Part shown: piece after piece, positions 63,181 to 64,000 of the stretch
How positions within the stretch are numbered: position 1 is the stretch's first letter
Layout: each line of letters opens with the position of its first letter
Program-made: the position numbers and the translations under genes
Source: an uncultured Oscillospiraceae bacterium
GTDB lineage: Bacteria; Bacillota; Clostridia; Oscillospirales; Oscillospiraceae
Assembly: GCA_910587205.1 (NCBI GenBank)
Contig: CAJULZ010000001.1
Coordinates: forward strand, 1,889 to 65,888
Direction: 5' to 3'
DNA: 64,000 nucleotides
The notes under the pieces: generated by a model
Databases searched by the model: none
Seen by the model: only the letters and a program-made list of their open reading frames with translations
Told to the model about the DNA's origin: nothing

Positions 63181-63218
63181 GGAACGGGGCCCTGCCGGCT
63201 GGCGGGGCCCCGTTTTCC
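63181..63218 (+). terminator. Intrinsic terminator ending the SLH/PilZ unit
   Basis: AACGGGGCCCTGCC-GGCT-GGCGGGGCCCCGTT followed by TT. Confidence 0.7.
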
Positions 63219-63381
63219 ATGGGACGGGCAAAGGAAATCGTCATAATGACGGAAGTGGACGGAAAGCAGGGTACATTTTTGCATCTTCTGAATGGGAAAG
63301 CGGAAAGTTAAGGGGGAAAATGCCGGGAGTATCCCCCAATTTATCAGAAAAATGGTGGGTGAAGATTGTGGAAAAGTCCTC

Positions 63382-63409
63382 TTGCATTTGCCAGGGAAGC
63401 GGCTATAAT
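63382..63409 (+). promoter_or_regulatory. Putative sigma-A promoter of MATE gene
   Basis: TTGCAT-N16-TATAAT. Confidence 0.7.
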
Positions 63410-63521
63410 AAGTCCAACATGGATCGGGGGGCGGTCCATGGGCGCGGCGTGGTGTGGCGTAGCGCAGCGCGGCCCCGGAAGGTACAAACCTTGATCCCGC
63501 CTTGGAAGGAGGAATTCCTGA

Positions 63522-64000
63522 ATGACCAAAGATCTTACCTCAGGCAGCCCCATGCGGCTGCTCCTGGGTTTTACCCTGCCCACCCTGTTCGGGCTGCTGT
63601 TCCAGCAGCTATATAACATGGTGGACGCCATGATTGTAGGCAAGCTGCTGGGCTCGCAGGCGCTGGGCGCGGTGGGGGCCACCGGTTCCATCAACTTTTT
63701 CGTCATTGGCTTTTGCCTGGGCGTGTGCAGCGGTTTTGCCATCCCGGTGGCCCAGCGGATGGGCGCGAAGGACTACCCGCAGATGCGACGGTTCGTAGCA
63801 AATGCCGTATACCTCTCCGCCGCCATCTCCCTGGTGCTCACCGTGGGCACCGGCCTGCTCTGCGGGGATATTCTCACCGCGATGGACACCCCCGCGGACC
63901 TCTACCAAGACGCATATGCCTATATTTTTGTGATTTTCATGGGCATTCCGGCGGTGTTCGTTTATAACCTTCTGGCCTGCATCATCCGGGCCCTGGGGGA
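63522..64000 (+). CDS. MATE-family efflux transporter (5' part, runs off the window)
   Basis: MTKDLTSGSPMRLLLGFTLP.LFG.LFQQLYNMVDAMIVGKLLGSQALGAVGATG and ...IIRALG. AGGAGG RBS. Confidence 0.93.
   Translation, partial: MTKDLTSGSPMRLLLGFTLPTLFGLLFQQLYNMVDAMIVGKLLGSQALGAVGATGSINFFVIGFCLGVCSGFAIPVAQRMGAKDYPQMRRFVANAVYLSAAISLVLTVGTGLLCGDILTAMDTPADLYQDAYAYIFVIFMGIPAVFVYNLLACIIRALG

Overview
GC-rich bacterial DNA, most likely from a motile Clostridia-class Firmicute (Oscillospiraceae-like; inferred from gene content and order only). About 63 kb of the window is one flagellar/chemotaxis supercluster. (1) A long + strand fla operon: fliE(3' end)-fliF-G-H-I-J-K-flgD-[TIGR02530-type gene]-flgE-flbD-motAB-fliM-fliY-cheY-fliO-P-Q-R-flhB-flhA-fliA-two flgF/G-type rod genes-cheC-cheD-cheV-EAL/HDOD. 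(2) A convergent two-gene ParA + ComFB-domain operon. (3) A sigma28-type fliD-fliS operon. (4) An unexplained accessory block: C39 peptidase, orphan FtsE-like ATPase, an MCP, an FtsA-like actin ATPase with ubiquitin-like tail domains, a membrane-anchored unknown and a single-module Clp-type AAA+ ATPase. (5) A - strand flgM-flgN-flgK-flgL-yviE-like-fliW-csrA-yjfB operon. (6) A - strand cheA-cheW-cheR-cheB operon. (7) A + strand unit: FliK-like, FlhB-C-only, PilZ, two giant SLH surface proteins, PilZ. A MATE transporter starts at the right edge. I recognised no flagellin, flhF, flhG, fliL, rRNA, tRNA, CRISPR array or transposase. The best candidates for undescribed biology are: a ParA with a MinD-like membrane tail paired with a ComFB (cyclic-dinucleotide receptor family) partner, possibly standing in for FlhF/FlhG; the divisome-like accessory block; and a BECR-RNase-like small protein next to a structured RNA element just upstream of flgE. 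All family calls come from motif recognition by eye, with no database searches.
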